Positions 1 to 19,033 of a stretch of 64,000 nucleotides of DNA are shown piece after piece. Origin of the DNA: the human T2T-CHM13v2.0 reference genome, Homo sapiens; assembly GCF_009914755.1 (NCBI RefSeq), contig NC_060938.1; one strand, given 5' to 3'. The notes below the pieces were generated by a model. The model was given only the letters and a program-made list of their open reading frames with translations. It made no database searches and had not been told where the DNA came from. Position 1 is the stretch's first letter. Each line of letters opens with the position of its first letter. The translations under genes and the position numbers were made by a program.

Positions 1-3919
<3,919 letters not shown>

Positions 3920-4508
3920 TGTTGGTAGAAGAGCTGAGGCAGGACTGGCTTGTCCGTCATAATATAAAAGAGTTTTGGAAGATGTCCAGGGTCCAGGGTC
4001 TAAAACCCCTCGTGGCCTTTGGAACACCAAGCTCTGTGCCAAAGTGTGGAAGGCTGCCTTGCCGCACCACAAATCTAAGCCCATGGCTTGGATGGAATCC
4101 AGGGCTCAGGGCATAAAACCCCTTGTAGCCTCCGGAATGTGCACAGACTTGTTGCTTGCTCTCCCAGGCGTGAAAACATGTTCTCCATTATCTCAAGCAG
4201 CAAAGCATACTGTATATGCGTCAAAGAAAATGCTAAACCATCAGAGCTGTATTTGATGCACCCCTACCTTTCTACCCCGACGTCCTCACCTGTTTACCCC
4301 CACATCTGCACATCCTCACCACCTGCTTTTTTGTTTGATCACCGATAAATAGTGTGGGCTCCGAGAGCTCAGGGCATTCGCAGCCTGAATACCAGCGTTG
4401 GCCCCCTGGACCCACCTTATGCACTCTTAACTTGTCTTTTCTCATTCCTTTGACTCCACTGGACTTTGTAGCCCCCATGGCCTGGTGTTTGGTCTGATCA
4501 CCCCAACA
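3920..4508 (+). mobile_element. 5' LTR of HERV-K betaretrovirus-like provirus (LTR14A/B-like, HML-1)
   Basis: Inverted termini TGTTGG...CCAACA, 589 bp, followed directly by a PBS. Interrupts the class I pol just after RNase H. Subfamily from memory. Confidence 0.85.
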
Positions 4509-4512
4509 TTTC

Positions 4513-4530
4513 TGGCACCCAACGTGGGGC
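4513..4530 (+). promoter_or_regulatory. Primer binding site, tRNA-Lys(CUU) type
   Basis: TGGCACCCAACGTGGGGC, one mismatch to the canonical TGGCGCCCAACGTGGGGC, 4 nt after the LTR end. Confidence 0.9.
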
Positions 4531-4656
4531 TATGAAGACCCCAGTGAAGGAACACTAGAGCATGCGGAACTGGAGGACGCATTGTCAGAGGACACCCGAG
4601 GATGACTGAAAGAAGCTCGGTGGGAAAGCTGAGCACTCGGAAGAAACAGGGTAACA

Positions 4657-7600
4657 ACAGGACAGAATGAAAGTAAATATTCTGTTTATTTAAATTTCTT
4701 AAGGCATTTATTACGGAGAGGGGGAGTGAAAGTTAGTACTCAGAATTTATTAACACTGTTTAATACAGTAGAGCAGTTTTATCCATAGTTCCCAGAACAA
4801 GGGACAATGGAATTAGATGAATGGGAAAGAATTGGCAGAGATTTTTAAAAGGCGCATAAAGAAGGAGCCAAAATTCCAGTTTCTGTTTGGTCAGTGTGGG
4901 CGTTGATAAAGGCAGCTCTTGAACCATTTCAAACAGATGATGAGGCAGATTCAGATGAGAAAGAGGTAGATGAGTGTAAAAAATTAACTTCAGACTCTGA
5001 ATATGAGGAACAGCAACCGGAGAAAATTAAAGAAAAGAAAGGGACGCTGGAAAGGGTATATTTTACTAGCCTGTCGGTTCCACCTGCTGAATTAAGTGAA
5101 TGGCCACCTCCTCCCTCTTTCCTTAATGGGCGAGAAGATGAATTAGCTGTAAAACGTACTGCTTCTGTAGTGGCAACATTAAATATGGGGAACAATTGCT
5201 GGTGCTATACAAAATTCTTTTCAGAAGGCTGGAGCTGAAGGAGAGCTAGAAGCATGGCAATTTCCAGTTACTATAATTCAGCAAGGAGGACAGAACATTG
5301 CTAATTGGGCCACTTTTCCTTTTAAGATGTTAAAGGAATTTAAGCAAGCCATTAGTCAATATGAGCCAAATTCTCCTTTTGTACAAACTTTACTAAAAAA
5401 TGTGGCTCTTGATAATAGATTAATACCATATGACTGGGATACTTTAACAAAATCTGTTCTCACTCCATCTCAGTACTTGCAGTTTAAAACTTGGTGGGCT
5501 GATGAAGCTCAAACTCAGGCAAGAGAAAACACACAAGCACAGTTGCCTGTGCCTGTTTCCTTTGAACAGTTAATGGGGTTGGGCCCTAATTGGGGCCAAT
5601 TAGACAATCAAGCAGTAATGAAAAATGTCGCCATTGTTCAGTTACGCACTGTGTGCTTACGGGCATGGAAAAAAATAAATGTTACAGGGAAAAAATATCC
5701 TTCTTTCATTAGACCTATGAGAGGGAAGTCTCATTTGGCTGAATATATTAAGGCTTGCCATGGCATTGGAGGTAACTTACATAAGGCTACTCTTTTAGCT
5801 CAAGCTATGGCTGAATTAAAGGTGGGGAAAAATATGCCTTGTTTCTCAGGCTCTTGTTTAATTGTGGGCAATTTGGACACACAAAAAAAGGAATGTAAAA
5901 AAAGGAAATCAACAGGCAAGGGCTACTACCAGTAAGCAACAAAAAAGTCCTGGTATCTGTCCTTGACGTAAGAAGGGCAATCACTGGGCAAATCAGTGTC
6001 ATTCTAAAGTTAGCAAAGATGGGCAACCTCTTTCAGGAAATGGGAAGAGGGGCCCACCTCGGGCCCCTCAACAAACTGAGGCATATCCAGCACAGTCAGT
6101 GTCCTTACAAACGTACAGCAATTGTCCCCTGCCACAGCAGGCAGTGCTGCCATAGATCTCTGCAGCACAATTCCCATTTCCTTACTTCCTGGGGAGCTAT
6201 CAAAGAAGGTCCCCATGGGAGTTAGGGGCCCTTTACCCTCAGGAACAGTTGGTCTGTTGCTTGGAAGGTCTAGCTTAAATTTAAGAGGCATCACTGTACA
6301 TACAGGAATAATTGATTCTGATTATACTAGAGAGATTTAATTAGTTATTAGTTCCTCAATTCCATAGTCTGCTTCCCCAGGAGAAAGAATTGCTCAGTTG
6401 TTACTGCTACCTTATGCAAAACTGGGAAGCAGCACAGTAAAAAGAATAGGAGGCTTTGGTAGTACAAATCCAGCAGGAAAAGCTGTATATTGGGTTAATC
6501 AAGTGTCTGACAAAAGACCTATTTGTACAGTAACTATTCAAGGTAAAGATTTTGAGGGGCTAGTAGATATTGGAGCTGATGTTTCTATTATGGGTTTAAA
6601 TCAATGGCCCTGGCATTGGCCAAAACAAAAGGCATCCATTGGTATTGTTTATAGAGTAAAGGCTGCCTCAGAAATTTTTCAGAGTTCTTTAATTTTGCCA
6701 CGCTAAGGGCCAGATGGCCAAGAAGGGACAATTCAACCTATTATTACACCTATTCCTGTCAATCTATGGTGTAGAGACTTATTACAACAATGGGGTGCTG
6801 AAATATCTATTTCTATGGATCAGTATAGTAATAACAGTAAACAAATGATGAGAAAAATGGGATATCTCCCAGGAAAGGGACTGGAAAAAATGAAAGTGGC
6901 CAAACAGAACCTTCAGAACTAAAAGGGCAAACAGATCGAACTGGATTAGGCTATCATTTTTAGGAGTGGTCATTGCTGAGCCTCCGGCTCCCATTCCTCT
7001 TATTTGATTAACTGCCAAACCGGTTTGGGTGGAGCAATGGCTGCTGAAACAGGAAAAACTGGAGGCTTTAAAAAAATTGGTACAGGAACAATTGCAAAAG
7101 GGACACATAGAGCCTACTTTCTCTCCTTGGAATTCTCCTGTGTTTGTTATTAAGAAAAAATCAGGGAAACGGAGAATGTTAACAGACTTGAGGGCTGTTA
7201 ATGCTGTGATTCAACCCATGGGCGCACTGCAACCAGGGCTGCCCTCTCCAACAATGATCCCAAAATACTGGCCTCTCATAGTAATAGATTTAAAAGATTG
7301 CTTTTTTACCATTCCTTTAGCAACTCAAGATTATGAAAAATTTGCTTTTACTGTTCCCACTAAAAATAACAAAGAACCAGCGGACAGATACCATTGGAAA
7401 ATACTGCCACAATGCATGTTAAATAGCCTGACTATTTGTCAAACTTATGTCAGAAAAGCTATTAAGCCAGTTAGAGAACAATTCAAAAAATGCTATATTA
7501 TCCATTACATGGATGATATTTTATGTGCAGCTGAAACTAGAGAAGAATTAATGCTATGCTGCAAACAATTGGAAAAGGCTGTAACTGCAGCGGGATTAAT

Positions 7601-8845
7601 CATAGCCCCCGATAAAATCCAAACTTCTACTCCCTTTCAGTATTTAGGAATGAAAGTAGAACAAAGTACTATTAAGCCTCAAAAAGTTCAAATTAGAAGA
7701 GATACTTTAAAAACTCTAAATGATTTTCAAAAATTATTAGGAGACATAAATTGGATTCGTCTCACTTTAGGCATTCCTACTTATGCTATGTCTCACCTCT
7801 TTTCTACCTTATGAGGTGATTCTAACCTTAATAGCAAATGCTCTCTATCCAAAGAAGCATTAGAGAAACTTCAATTAATTGAAAAAAATTTCAACAAGCC
7901 CAAGTGACTCGAATTAACCCTATGCAGCCATTACAGTTTTTAGTTTTTCCTACTAAACATTCACCTACAGGAGTTATTGTTCAACAGAATGATCTGGTTG
8001 AGTGGCTTTTTCTACCTCACAATACAGCCAAAACGCTCACTCTGTACTTAGATCAAATTGCTGTACTAGTAGAACAAGCAAGGCTGTGCACAACAAAGTT
8101 AATGGGATATAATCTAAATCAAATTATGGTTCCATTAAACAAACAACAAATTCAGCAGGCTTATATTAATTCCCAGGAATGGCAAGTTAATTTGGCAGGT
8201 TTTACTGGTGTTCTTGGATAATCATTATCCTAAATCCAAAATATTCCAATTTCTTAAGTTAATATCATGGATATTGCCCTCCATTACTCAAAAAGCCCCT
8301 ATTGAAGGGGCCATTACTGTTTTCACTGATGGATCTAGTAATAGAAAAACCTCATTTGCAGGACCTCAACAGCAAGTTTTTCAAACTGACTTTGCTTCTG
8401 CTCAAAGGGCTGAACTTATGACTGTGATAACAGCGTTAAAAACTTTTAAACAACCAGTAAACATTGTTTCTGATTCAGCCTATGTAGTGCAAGCCATGCA
8501 AAATATTGAATGTGCCTTAATTCAAAATGTGACTAATGACCAACTTAATCTTTTATTTCCTTCTTTACAGCAAGCAGTACAACAAGGCATTCCCCTTTCT
8601 ATATCACTCATATGAGAGCACATACTAACCTCCCTGGACCTTTAACTAAACTTAATCAAAGGGTGGATAATTACATGGGGAAGAGGATTTGTTTGTGTTT
8701 ATCCAGGTGACAATCAGGTGCCTGTGTGGGTGCCCACCAAACATCTGAAGATCTATTATGAGCTACAGCAGGAAGAGAGGACTCTGGGAAGAGCCAGATA
8801 TAAGCAATGTCACAAATAAACATCTCAGAGATGAAGGAGAAAACC
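4657..8845 (+). mobile_element. HERV-K (HML-1/HERVK14-like) gag-dUTPase-pro-pol, defective; integrase core, env and 3' LTR missing
   Basis: Matrix (start codon mutated, GQNESKYS.., WALIKAALEPFQ), capsid (KEFKQAISQY..QYLQFKTWWADEA), knuckle remnants ~5850-6005, dUTPase (SAAIDL, GRSSLN, GIIDSDY, RIGGFGST), protease LVDIGADVS, RT 7029-7814 ([22 protein letters not shown]), RNase H (FTDGSS, SAQRAEL, NIVSDSAY), then a jump to the IN C-terminus (TWGRGF..PVWVP) at ~8670. Confidence 0.9.
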
Positions 8846-9799
8846 AATCTCCCCAAAACAATGCCCCCTGTCAGCAAGAAGTAGCTATGATCAGTCATCG
8901 TTCATATTCCAACAGCAGTTAGATGTGCCTCTTCTGAGGCAGGGAGTGATAGGGACAGGAGGCAAGGAAATTCTGGGCAGAAGAGGGCAGGTGCCCAGTG
9001 AAGGCCCGAACCTGAAGCCTGGAACCACAGCCCAAAGTGAGAACATGCATTCCTGTTTTCCCGCTCAAATGTTGCCTTTTCCAAAACCACCCATGGCCCG
9101 CCCCCACACCTCATCCTATGCCCATAAAAAACCCAGGTTCCACTGGCAGACAGCAGAGAAGAGGAGAAGCATCTGGACATCAGAGAGTACAGTTGGATGT
9201 TGGAGAGAAGCAGCTTGACTTCACAGAGACGGCTTGATGGCATTGCTCCAGGGGAAGATCACCTTCCTGCTCCATCCCCTTTCCAGCTCCCCTTCCCACT
9301 GAGTGCCACTTTCATCAACAATAAAATCCCCTGCATTCACCACCCTTCAATTTGTGTTACCCGGACGCCAAACAAGAGCTGAGGTACCATGGGAGCAGAT
9401 GCAAAAGGCTGTCACACTGACCCTCTGCCCTCACTGGTGGAAAGCAGCCACCTCATGAGAAAAGGCAGAGGGCCCACTGAGCTGTTAACACTTAAGCCAT
9501 CTGTGGATGGCAGCACTGAAAGAGCACTGACTATAACATTCCTTCTGGGGCTTTGGGCGTCATGGGTACTTCTCCCAGATGCTGCCGCAGGGCGCATGCA
9601 GTTTTGCCCCTGCTGACACCCAAAAGCACTCACCCTGGCTCCTACAACTGCTCACCTGCGTGTTCCCTCCCACGAGGGTTGAACACAAGGGGTTCGGGTG
9701 AGTGGAGTTTTCCCCTGCTGGTGCCAAAGCTGTGGGTAGCTCCAGTGCCTGTACTTCAGTTCCTGCCCACGAAGGGGTCAGGGGAAATTTCCTGCTTCA
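8846..9799 (+). mobile_element. 3' end of the class I host provirus: env-tail/PPT remnant plus 3' LTR (LTR28/LTR27/LTR1-group, 8947-9799)
   Basis: CAGCAAGAAGTAGCTA..CCAACAGCAGTTAG..GAGGCAGGGAG resembles the HERV9-group pre-LTR region. LTR begins TGATAGGGACAGGAGGC, has CATAAAA (~9123) and AATAAA (~9320), and ends CCTGCTTCA. Confidence 0.75.
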
Positions 9800-9902
9800 A
9801 TGGTAGCAATATTTTGAGGCCTGCAAGGTGGGCACCTTCCCCAGAGGCTGAGCATGTGCTTCTGCCAGGCCCTGGCTGGAGTCAGTTTATTACACTTAGC
9901 AG

Positions 9903-10825
<923 letters not shown>

Positions 10826-11922
10826 TTTCTCACACTAGGAAATGTGAGTTCCAGGGGAGCATTTGCGAAGCGTGGGTTCACTCTGGGTGACCCAGCTGTG
10901 ACTGTGAGACTCTTTGTGCGCCCAGTACAATGTGGAGGGGACTTCCTTGGGGACACCCCACTCGGGCACACAGGGGTTTGTGTTCTGTTTCCCCCAGAGC
11001 CCATGGCAATCAGTGTTCTCATCCACCCACTAACTTTCCTGGGCTGACCCCACAGAGTCCTGCCTCCCTTCTCCCGGGCCTGGTGATTATCTTGCCAGCT
11101 CTCCAGTCTTTTAAAAAGACACATTTTAAAACACTGAGTCCACCGTATGATCTGGTTTCAGTGGGAATATTGGTCTGACCATACGGACCCTCCCATCCAC
11201 TCTTCTCCCACTCATGTATCTGTGGCCCAAGCCCACTTCCTGGCTTATTCTCCTAAGAGGCTGAAATCTGAAGCAGAAAGGAGCTGGGCCCAAGAAATTA
11301 ACTTGGGGCATTTTTTTAATGCTGCACCCAAATGCTCCCGTGTGACCGGTTATTGGAACCTGCACAGATGTGTCCAGGGGAGGGCCCTTCCCGCTGCCAG
11401 GGGGATGCCGCCACATGTAAGCAAGGGCAAGGGTTCCACCCCTCCCTGCACCCAGGAGGCCTTCCAGAATCGACCCAGGGCTGCAGTGGGGGGTACAGTA
11501 GAGACCAGGAGATGCAAACACGGGCGGGGCTGGGTGTGGAACCCCAGGATTCTGGCCCTGAGCTGCAGTAGGCAGGGTGGGGAAAGGGCACGGTGTGAGG
11601 ACCCCACCCACCCCAGGGGGGTCCCTGGAGGGAGCCAGTGCCAGGAGTCCTGGGATACAGGAGGCTCCACCCCAGGGAAGGAGGCCCCAAGGCTCCCTCA
11701 GCACCCAGGGCCTCAGGTGTGTGTGCTGGAAAATGGGGCCAGGGTCACTTTTAAATATTTTCAATGATTTCCCCAATTATTCAACTGGAGTTACTAAATA
11801 TTCAAATTGTGATTACCTAATGATTTTTAAAGCTTTATATTAATATTTTGAAAAAGTATAGACTCACAGGAAGTTACCAAAATAGTAGAATCCTGTACTC
11901 TCCCCAGACCCCTCAATGGTGA

Positions 11923-12268
<346 letters not shown>

Positions 12269-13674
12269 TTGTGCTCTTTTTAAATAGCACCTTATTCAAA
12301 TATAATTCATGCAGAGTGCACAATTTCCTGGTTTTTATATATCCATAGAGCCGGGTGTCATTTTTAAAGAAAGTCACAATGGAGAATGGGCTGAGCCTCT
12401 CTCTGGCCAGGGGTTCCATGAGTGCATGGTGGGGTTTCATGGTTTCCTGGAATGGTATCTGGAGGCCTCTCCCCTCTGCTGCCCCACGGCAGGGCTGCCT
12501 GAGCACCGCAGATCGTGCTGAAGTGGGTGGGCAGAACAGGCCCCTCCCGCAGGGGCGCTGAGTGCTGTGATTTGTGCGGACTGTGTTCTGAGAATTACTT
12601 TTGCTATTTGAAAGACTATTTAGCCAATTTGGCACAGAATTCCACCAGATTTGCATGTTTTAAGTCATTTATAGCATTGTATGTAACAGTAACATTTAAT
12701 TTCCATGTAGTTCTAAATATATTTATGACCTACTTATCAAAGTTTTTTAAAAAAGAGATAGTGTTTCCTGGGTAACTTAATTTGATATAGAAACAGAGGG
12801 AGCCCAACTCAGTCAGTCTCATAATTGACATAATTAACATACGCACTTGAAAATTGAGTGCAAATAGTTTAAAAACTTTCTGGGGCCTCTTATTGGATTC
12901 TCCTTCTTGGGCAGGTCCTGGCTGTCAAATTCTGTCCCCAGCACCCCCAAATCTACAAAGTAGAAGCTCAAGATCTGCAGAGATGGGTAGAAGGCCTCAG
13001 TAAGACAGCTAGGTTGACCAACTTGTTCCAGCTCACCTGGGATCTTGCCGGCTTTGAAGTGGAAATCCTGAGGTCTGAGAGCACCCTCAGTTCTAGGCAC
13101 CCTCAGACTGTTGGTTGTCCTTCCGGCAGCATGCCTGCTTGACTTTGATGTAAACATTTCTTAACACACACACATGCTTCTTACTGTCAACACACTCCAG
13201 CTAAAGGCCACTGGACCCACTTGTAGCTGAGCAGTTTGAGCTCATTATGCATTGCAGAGAGGAAGAGCAGCCACCACGGGAAGCGCCAGACACACGCTCA
13301 GAGGGGTTAGAAAGAACTTGTGCCCACACTGAGCCAGAGCTGGGGGCTTGGGGGAGGGTGCAAAGAAGCAGAGGTTCTCTGTAATGTGGATGCTGTCAGA
13401 ACTCAGGGTGGTTCTGTGATCAGGCATCTCGACAAAGCTCCTCTGCGGTGGGCAGAGAAGAATGGAGAACCCATAAAGCAGCTGCTGCCACTCATTTTTG
13501 CCAACAGAGGGGCTGGCTGGGAATTTGAGGGGGGCACACTGACCTTGCTTTTGTCTGTGTTCGGACAAAGTTAAGAGTGGCCTTGTCTTGTCTCATTCTG
13601 TCACCGTCTCAGAGACACCTCGTCTGATATTGGTGGTCTCTGAGGTGGCTCCTGTCCTACAGGAGAGTAACTCA

Positions 13675-14127
<453 letters not shown>

Positions 14128-14139
14128 TCAAAGTCACTA

Positions 14140-14580
14140 ATGTCAAATGACAAAATACAACAAATTCAGTTAAGATTGAATAGGTTTTTATCTGCAATTC
14201 CAGACTTAGGCAACCCCTCATTCTTAGGAAATAAAAGGAGCATTTGGATGAGCTGAGCAGGAGAGGTTGGCTTTGTAGGCAGGAAAGGTGGAAGAAAGCA
14301 GAGACAGAGACCAAAAAGCAGATTGGTCATCTCAAACTTACTTTCCTTGTCATGGTTAAAGCACAGCGGACTTCCCTTATCACACCGGCTAAAACTGGCC
14401 TATTTGGGGATTTGGGGGCTCTCTCTCTCTCTATCTCCTGAAAGAGGGTCAGATAAACAACTTAGTTTCTGCTTGGTGGTATGAAACTCCCCGCATGAGT
14501 AGCTGCATTTCAGCTTGGTCTGTTGGTCCTAGTGCAGAAGCTCACTCCAAACCAATGGCATCCTCTCCATTCATTTAACA
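14140..14580 (-). mobile_element. Old MER4-group ERV1 LTR
   Basis: Ends in CATTTAACA (reverse of a TGTTAAATG start), with internal motifs typical of MER4-group LTRs. Subfamily uncertain. Confidence 0.45.
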
Positions 14581-14777
14581 CCAGCAATAAAGTAAAAAGA
14601 GAGGTTGCACAATTCCAGGAGATACCGTAATACGTGTATCTGAAAAATACTAGTGTCCAGAAAACACAAAGCACTCCTACAAATCAATCATACCAAGGCA
14701 GAGACCCAGTAGAAAAACTGGCTTCTTAAAAATTTAAATGGGAATGTCAAAAAAGTAGACTTCTGAATGGCTCATAA

Positions 14778-15110
<333 letters not shown>

Positions 15111-15256
15111 AATTTCTCAGATGTATATCTCAATGGTTCAACTTTTACTGTATCTTGCTTCATACGATTTATTTTCATTGACTTCAGCTGTTTCTTCCCT
15201 GGAAAGGCCTGGAATGCTAACTCTTCCCTTCAGTTTTTTTAGGTCAACTCCTGTAA

Positions 15257-15433
<177 letters not shown>

Positions 15434-16286
15434 TAAAATGTTTATCTGAAAGGCCTAAAAAAGCAATGTTTTCTTCTAGTATAATTTAATTTTGTACTGT
15501 TGGCTTTTCTTAAGGTATCTAAATTGTTACGCTAATAACCTTGGACACATTCTTTTTGTGTTTGATTAAATCCAAGTCCCTTTTTCATCAGGTTTGACTT
15601 CCAAGTTATCTAAATTAGCTCCTATAAAGAAAAACAATCATACTACAAAAGGTTTTTCTTTACCTTTTGGTAGCTGGTCTAAAACCACAAAAATTTTATG
15701 TTTTATCAAGATAATTTTCTATGTTGTCTTTATTAGGCTTGTAATTACTTACAAAAACCTAAGCTTTAAAAGGGTTAAGGTTTTTATATCTATATAACTT
15801 TCTGCATTGCTTTCAAAGTCTTTTAATTATCACTCTGGTTAAATAAATATGATTTTACAATGCAACTCTGTTTTGATCAAGTGTTTTGAGCCTTTTAACG
15901 TCTTTGACAAACTTCCTGAAAATCAATCCTAAATTCAAGTCTCTTTTGCCTAAAATTAACTTTGAAATTTTTTAGATGGGGCCCTGAAAAGCCTCAAAAA
16001 ATCTCTCTCTCATCTTATAGAGATACTAAATGATTAGGCTGATTTGGCAAATTACATTTTTTAAATGTCAAATAATAATTCATATTAGATCTTTTAGCTA
16101 CATAGATGAGTATGTTAATATAAATATTTCAAAAAATATATAACTTTATAAAAATCTAATATGCTGTCAGTCATAATTCATAATTCTGGTTGTTATCGGT
16201 TGTTATCTTAAAGTGCTATCTATATGTAGTAGAAATAATTAAGTATCCTTTTCAATTGGAAACTTTCATCAGATTTTTAACCCTGG

Positions 16287-16686
16287 TGATGTGGTTTGAA
16301 TATATGTTCTGGCCATATCTCATGTTGAATTGTAATCCCCGGTGTTGGAGGGAGGACCCGTGGAGGTGTTTGGGTCATGGGGGCAGGTCTGTCATGGCTT
16401 GGTGCTGCCTCACAATAGTGAGTGAATTCTTCTGAGATCTGGTCGTTCAGTGTGGCAGCCCCCGCACCCTCTCGCTCCTGCTCTGGCCACGTGAGATGCC
16501 TGCGTCTCCTTCACCTTCCACCATGATTGTCAGCTTCCTGAGGCCCTCACTAGAAGCTGAGCTGATGTCAGTACCATGCTTCCTGTATCGCCTGCAGAAC
16601 TGTGAACCAATCGAACCTCTTTTCTTATAAATTACCCAGTCTCTGCTATATATTTCTATACAGCAATGCAAGAACGACCTAACACA
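16287..16686 (+). mobile_element. MaLR solo LTR (MSTB-like)
   Basis: TGATGTGGTTTG..TCTCATGTTGAATTGTAATCCCC..AAATTACCCAGTCTC..CTAACACA, near 5-bp TSD CCTGG/CATGG. Confidence 0.85.
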
Positions 16687-17667
16687 CATGGCTATGCTAA
16701 GTTTTTGTCATTCACTGTTATTATTTTAAACTCTTCTCTAAAAACGTTCACAGTCAGATTCATAGAAAAGACTCCAACAAGTACTCTTAAATACGGATCT
16801 CTAATAACTTTAAGATCGATGGACTAAATAAAAATTTCTAAAACTCTTATAAAAATTAATAGATTCATAAAACTAATAAAAATCAAGCAGAACAAAAGTT
16901 AATGACATAAAATTAAAGAATAAATGATAAAAATGATAAATAATAAATGATAAAAATATTTTTATAATTTTTATTTAAAATGTTATTGGCTCTTTACTCA
17001 AATGTTTTGTCTTCCAGATTTAAGAAAATCTTCTCTTTTAAGCTATCTATAATTTACTACAATTTGATAAAATACATTTTTTTAAACAAAGATAAAAAAT
17101 TTGTTTTTTCTCCTCACTTGATTCCTCCAAAATGTGAAAACTATACGTGAGTATACTTATGACAATACGGTTATTTATATAAGTCCAATAAAATCTGCTC
17201 TGTTTATAACAAAATACAATGAAAAACACCGGTTACATTACCAAGACTGACTAAAATGGCATATTTTAAAATATACATAAAATATCTGACTTCGAGGGTC
17301 CTCAGACTTACAGTAAGTTAATAAAAACTGTCATTTTCTGGCAGGCCCAAGAACCTTAGGACTATGAGTAAAATCTAAAGTCTTATTTAGTTTGACTTTC
17401 TAGCCTCAAGAGATTTTTCATCTGAAATTCCTATATGATCAAAGTAAAAAGAAGAGTTATAGTCCTTAAAAAAAAAGCTATAATACACCTGTTATTAGAT
17501 TGTAACTCTATGCACTGTTTTTTTAGTTCTTATCTACTTTAGACTAAATCCTAAATTATTCTAGGTTCCTCCAATCCAACTTTCTTCCATAAAATTAGCA
17601 AAATGAAAACTGCTCTGTTCCTGAAGCCCACTAAGCTAAAACTAAACTGATATTACAAAACAAAGTC

Positions 17668-18072
17668 CAAGGTGGGAGGATCCCTTGAAGCATCACTTGA
17701 AGCCAGGAGTTTGAGACCAGCCTGGGCAACAAAGTGAGACCCCTTCTCTGCAAATAATAAAATAAAACGAATTAGCCAGGTGCTATGGCATATATTAATA
17801 CCTGTAGTCTCAGCTGCTTGGGAGGCTGAGGTGGGAGAATCACTTGAGCCCAGGAGTTAGGCTGCAGTGAGCTATGATCATGTCACTGCACTCCAGCCTG
17901 GGCAACATAGCGAGATCTCTGTCTCTACAAAAAATAAGTTAGCTGGGTGTGGTGGCACACGCCTATAGTCCCAGCTACTTCAAGCCTGCAGTAAATTAGG
18001 ATTGCACCACTGCACCTCCATCCTGGGCAACAGAGCAAGACCCTGTCCCTAGAAAAACAAAAACAAAAACAA
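17668..18072 (+). mobile_element. Two fused partial Alu (J-like) pieces
   Basis: 5'-truncated Alu lacking its tail joined at ~17925 to the linker and right arm of a second Alu with a (CAAAA)n tail. Confidence 0.85.
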
Positions 18073-18089
18073 ACAGTGACCAAAGTGCA

Positions 18090-18867
18090 GCGTGGAGACC
18101 CTCTGCACCCCTCCCTACGAACATGGCACTGAGTGGCGCAGTGTGGGTGGGCTGTGGGCTGCAGCTTGAGCGGGGCCTTGGCACCTGCCATGCCTCACCG
18201 GCTGAGGCCTTGGTGGCTGGGGATGGGCACGGTTTGTGCGTGGAACCCGCCCTGCTCTCGGTGCATGAATTCTCGGGGAAACGTGGTTGGAGAACAACAA
18301 GAAATGGTATGGGAACCGTGGGAATCAGGCATTTTGCACAGGAAGTATTGGGAGATGTTTTTACTGTAGTCTGCCTGAAGCTGGGACAAAATTGAACAAA
18401 CAAGATGAATTTGGTGCTTTGGAAAGTGTGAAAGCTGTTCATGAACTCCATTCTCCTTTATCAGGAGAAGTAACTGAAATTAATGAAGCTCTTGCAGAAA
18501 ATACAGAACTTATTGACAAATCTTGTTATAAAAATGTTTGGCCGATCAAGATGACACTGAGTAACTCTTCAGAACTAGGTGAACTTGGCCGGGCGCAGTG
18601 GCTCACACCTGTAATCCCAGCACTTTGAGAGGCTGAGGCAGGTGGATAATCTGAGGTTAGGAGTTTGAGACCAGCCTGGCCAACGTGGCGAAACCCCATC
18701 TCCACTAAAATACAAAATTTAGCTGGGCGTGGTGGCAGTTGCCTGTAATCCCAGCTACTCAGGAGGCTGAGGCAAGAGAATCACTTGAACCCAGGAGGCA
18801 GAGGTTGCAGTGAGCCAAGATCATGCCACTGCACTCCAGCCTGGGCAACAAGAGCAAAACTGTCTCA

Positions 18868-18899
<32 letters not shown>

Positions 18900-19033
18900 A
18901 GATGAACTTATGAGTGAAGAAGCTTATAAAAAATACGGAAAAATCTATTGAGGAGTGAAAATAACCCCTAAATAAACTAGTATGAAATAATTTAAAATAT
19001 AAAAATAAAAAACAAAATTAATAAAGTAAAAAA
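18090..19033 (+). pseudogene. GCSHP2: Processed pseudogene of glycine cleavage system H protein (GCSH)
   Basis: Intronless: ATG 18123, [20 protein letters not shown], frameshift, [49 protein letters not shown], Alu, [14 protein letters not shown] stop 18958, 3'UTR with AATAAA and A-rich tail. The P2 number is inferred from locus context only. Confidence 0.92.
18587..18893 (+). mobile_element. AluS inserted in the GCSH pseudogene CDS
   Basis: Full-length Alu with 16-bp TSD AGAACTAG(G/A)TGAACTT (18571-18586 / 18894-18909). Confidence 0.95.

Noticed and set aside
7029-7814. Functional reverse transcriptase
   Set aside because: YMDD is intact, but there are stops just upstream and at 7812, LPQG is changed to LPQC, and gag/pro are broken.
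11126-11776. Overlapping 206-216 aa ORFs on both strands
   Set aside because: GC-rich unique DNA with no motif or splice support.
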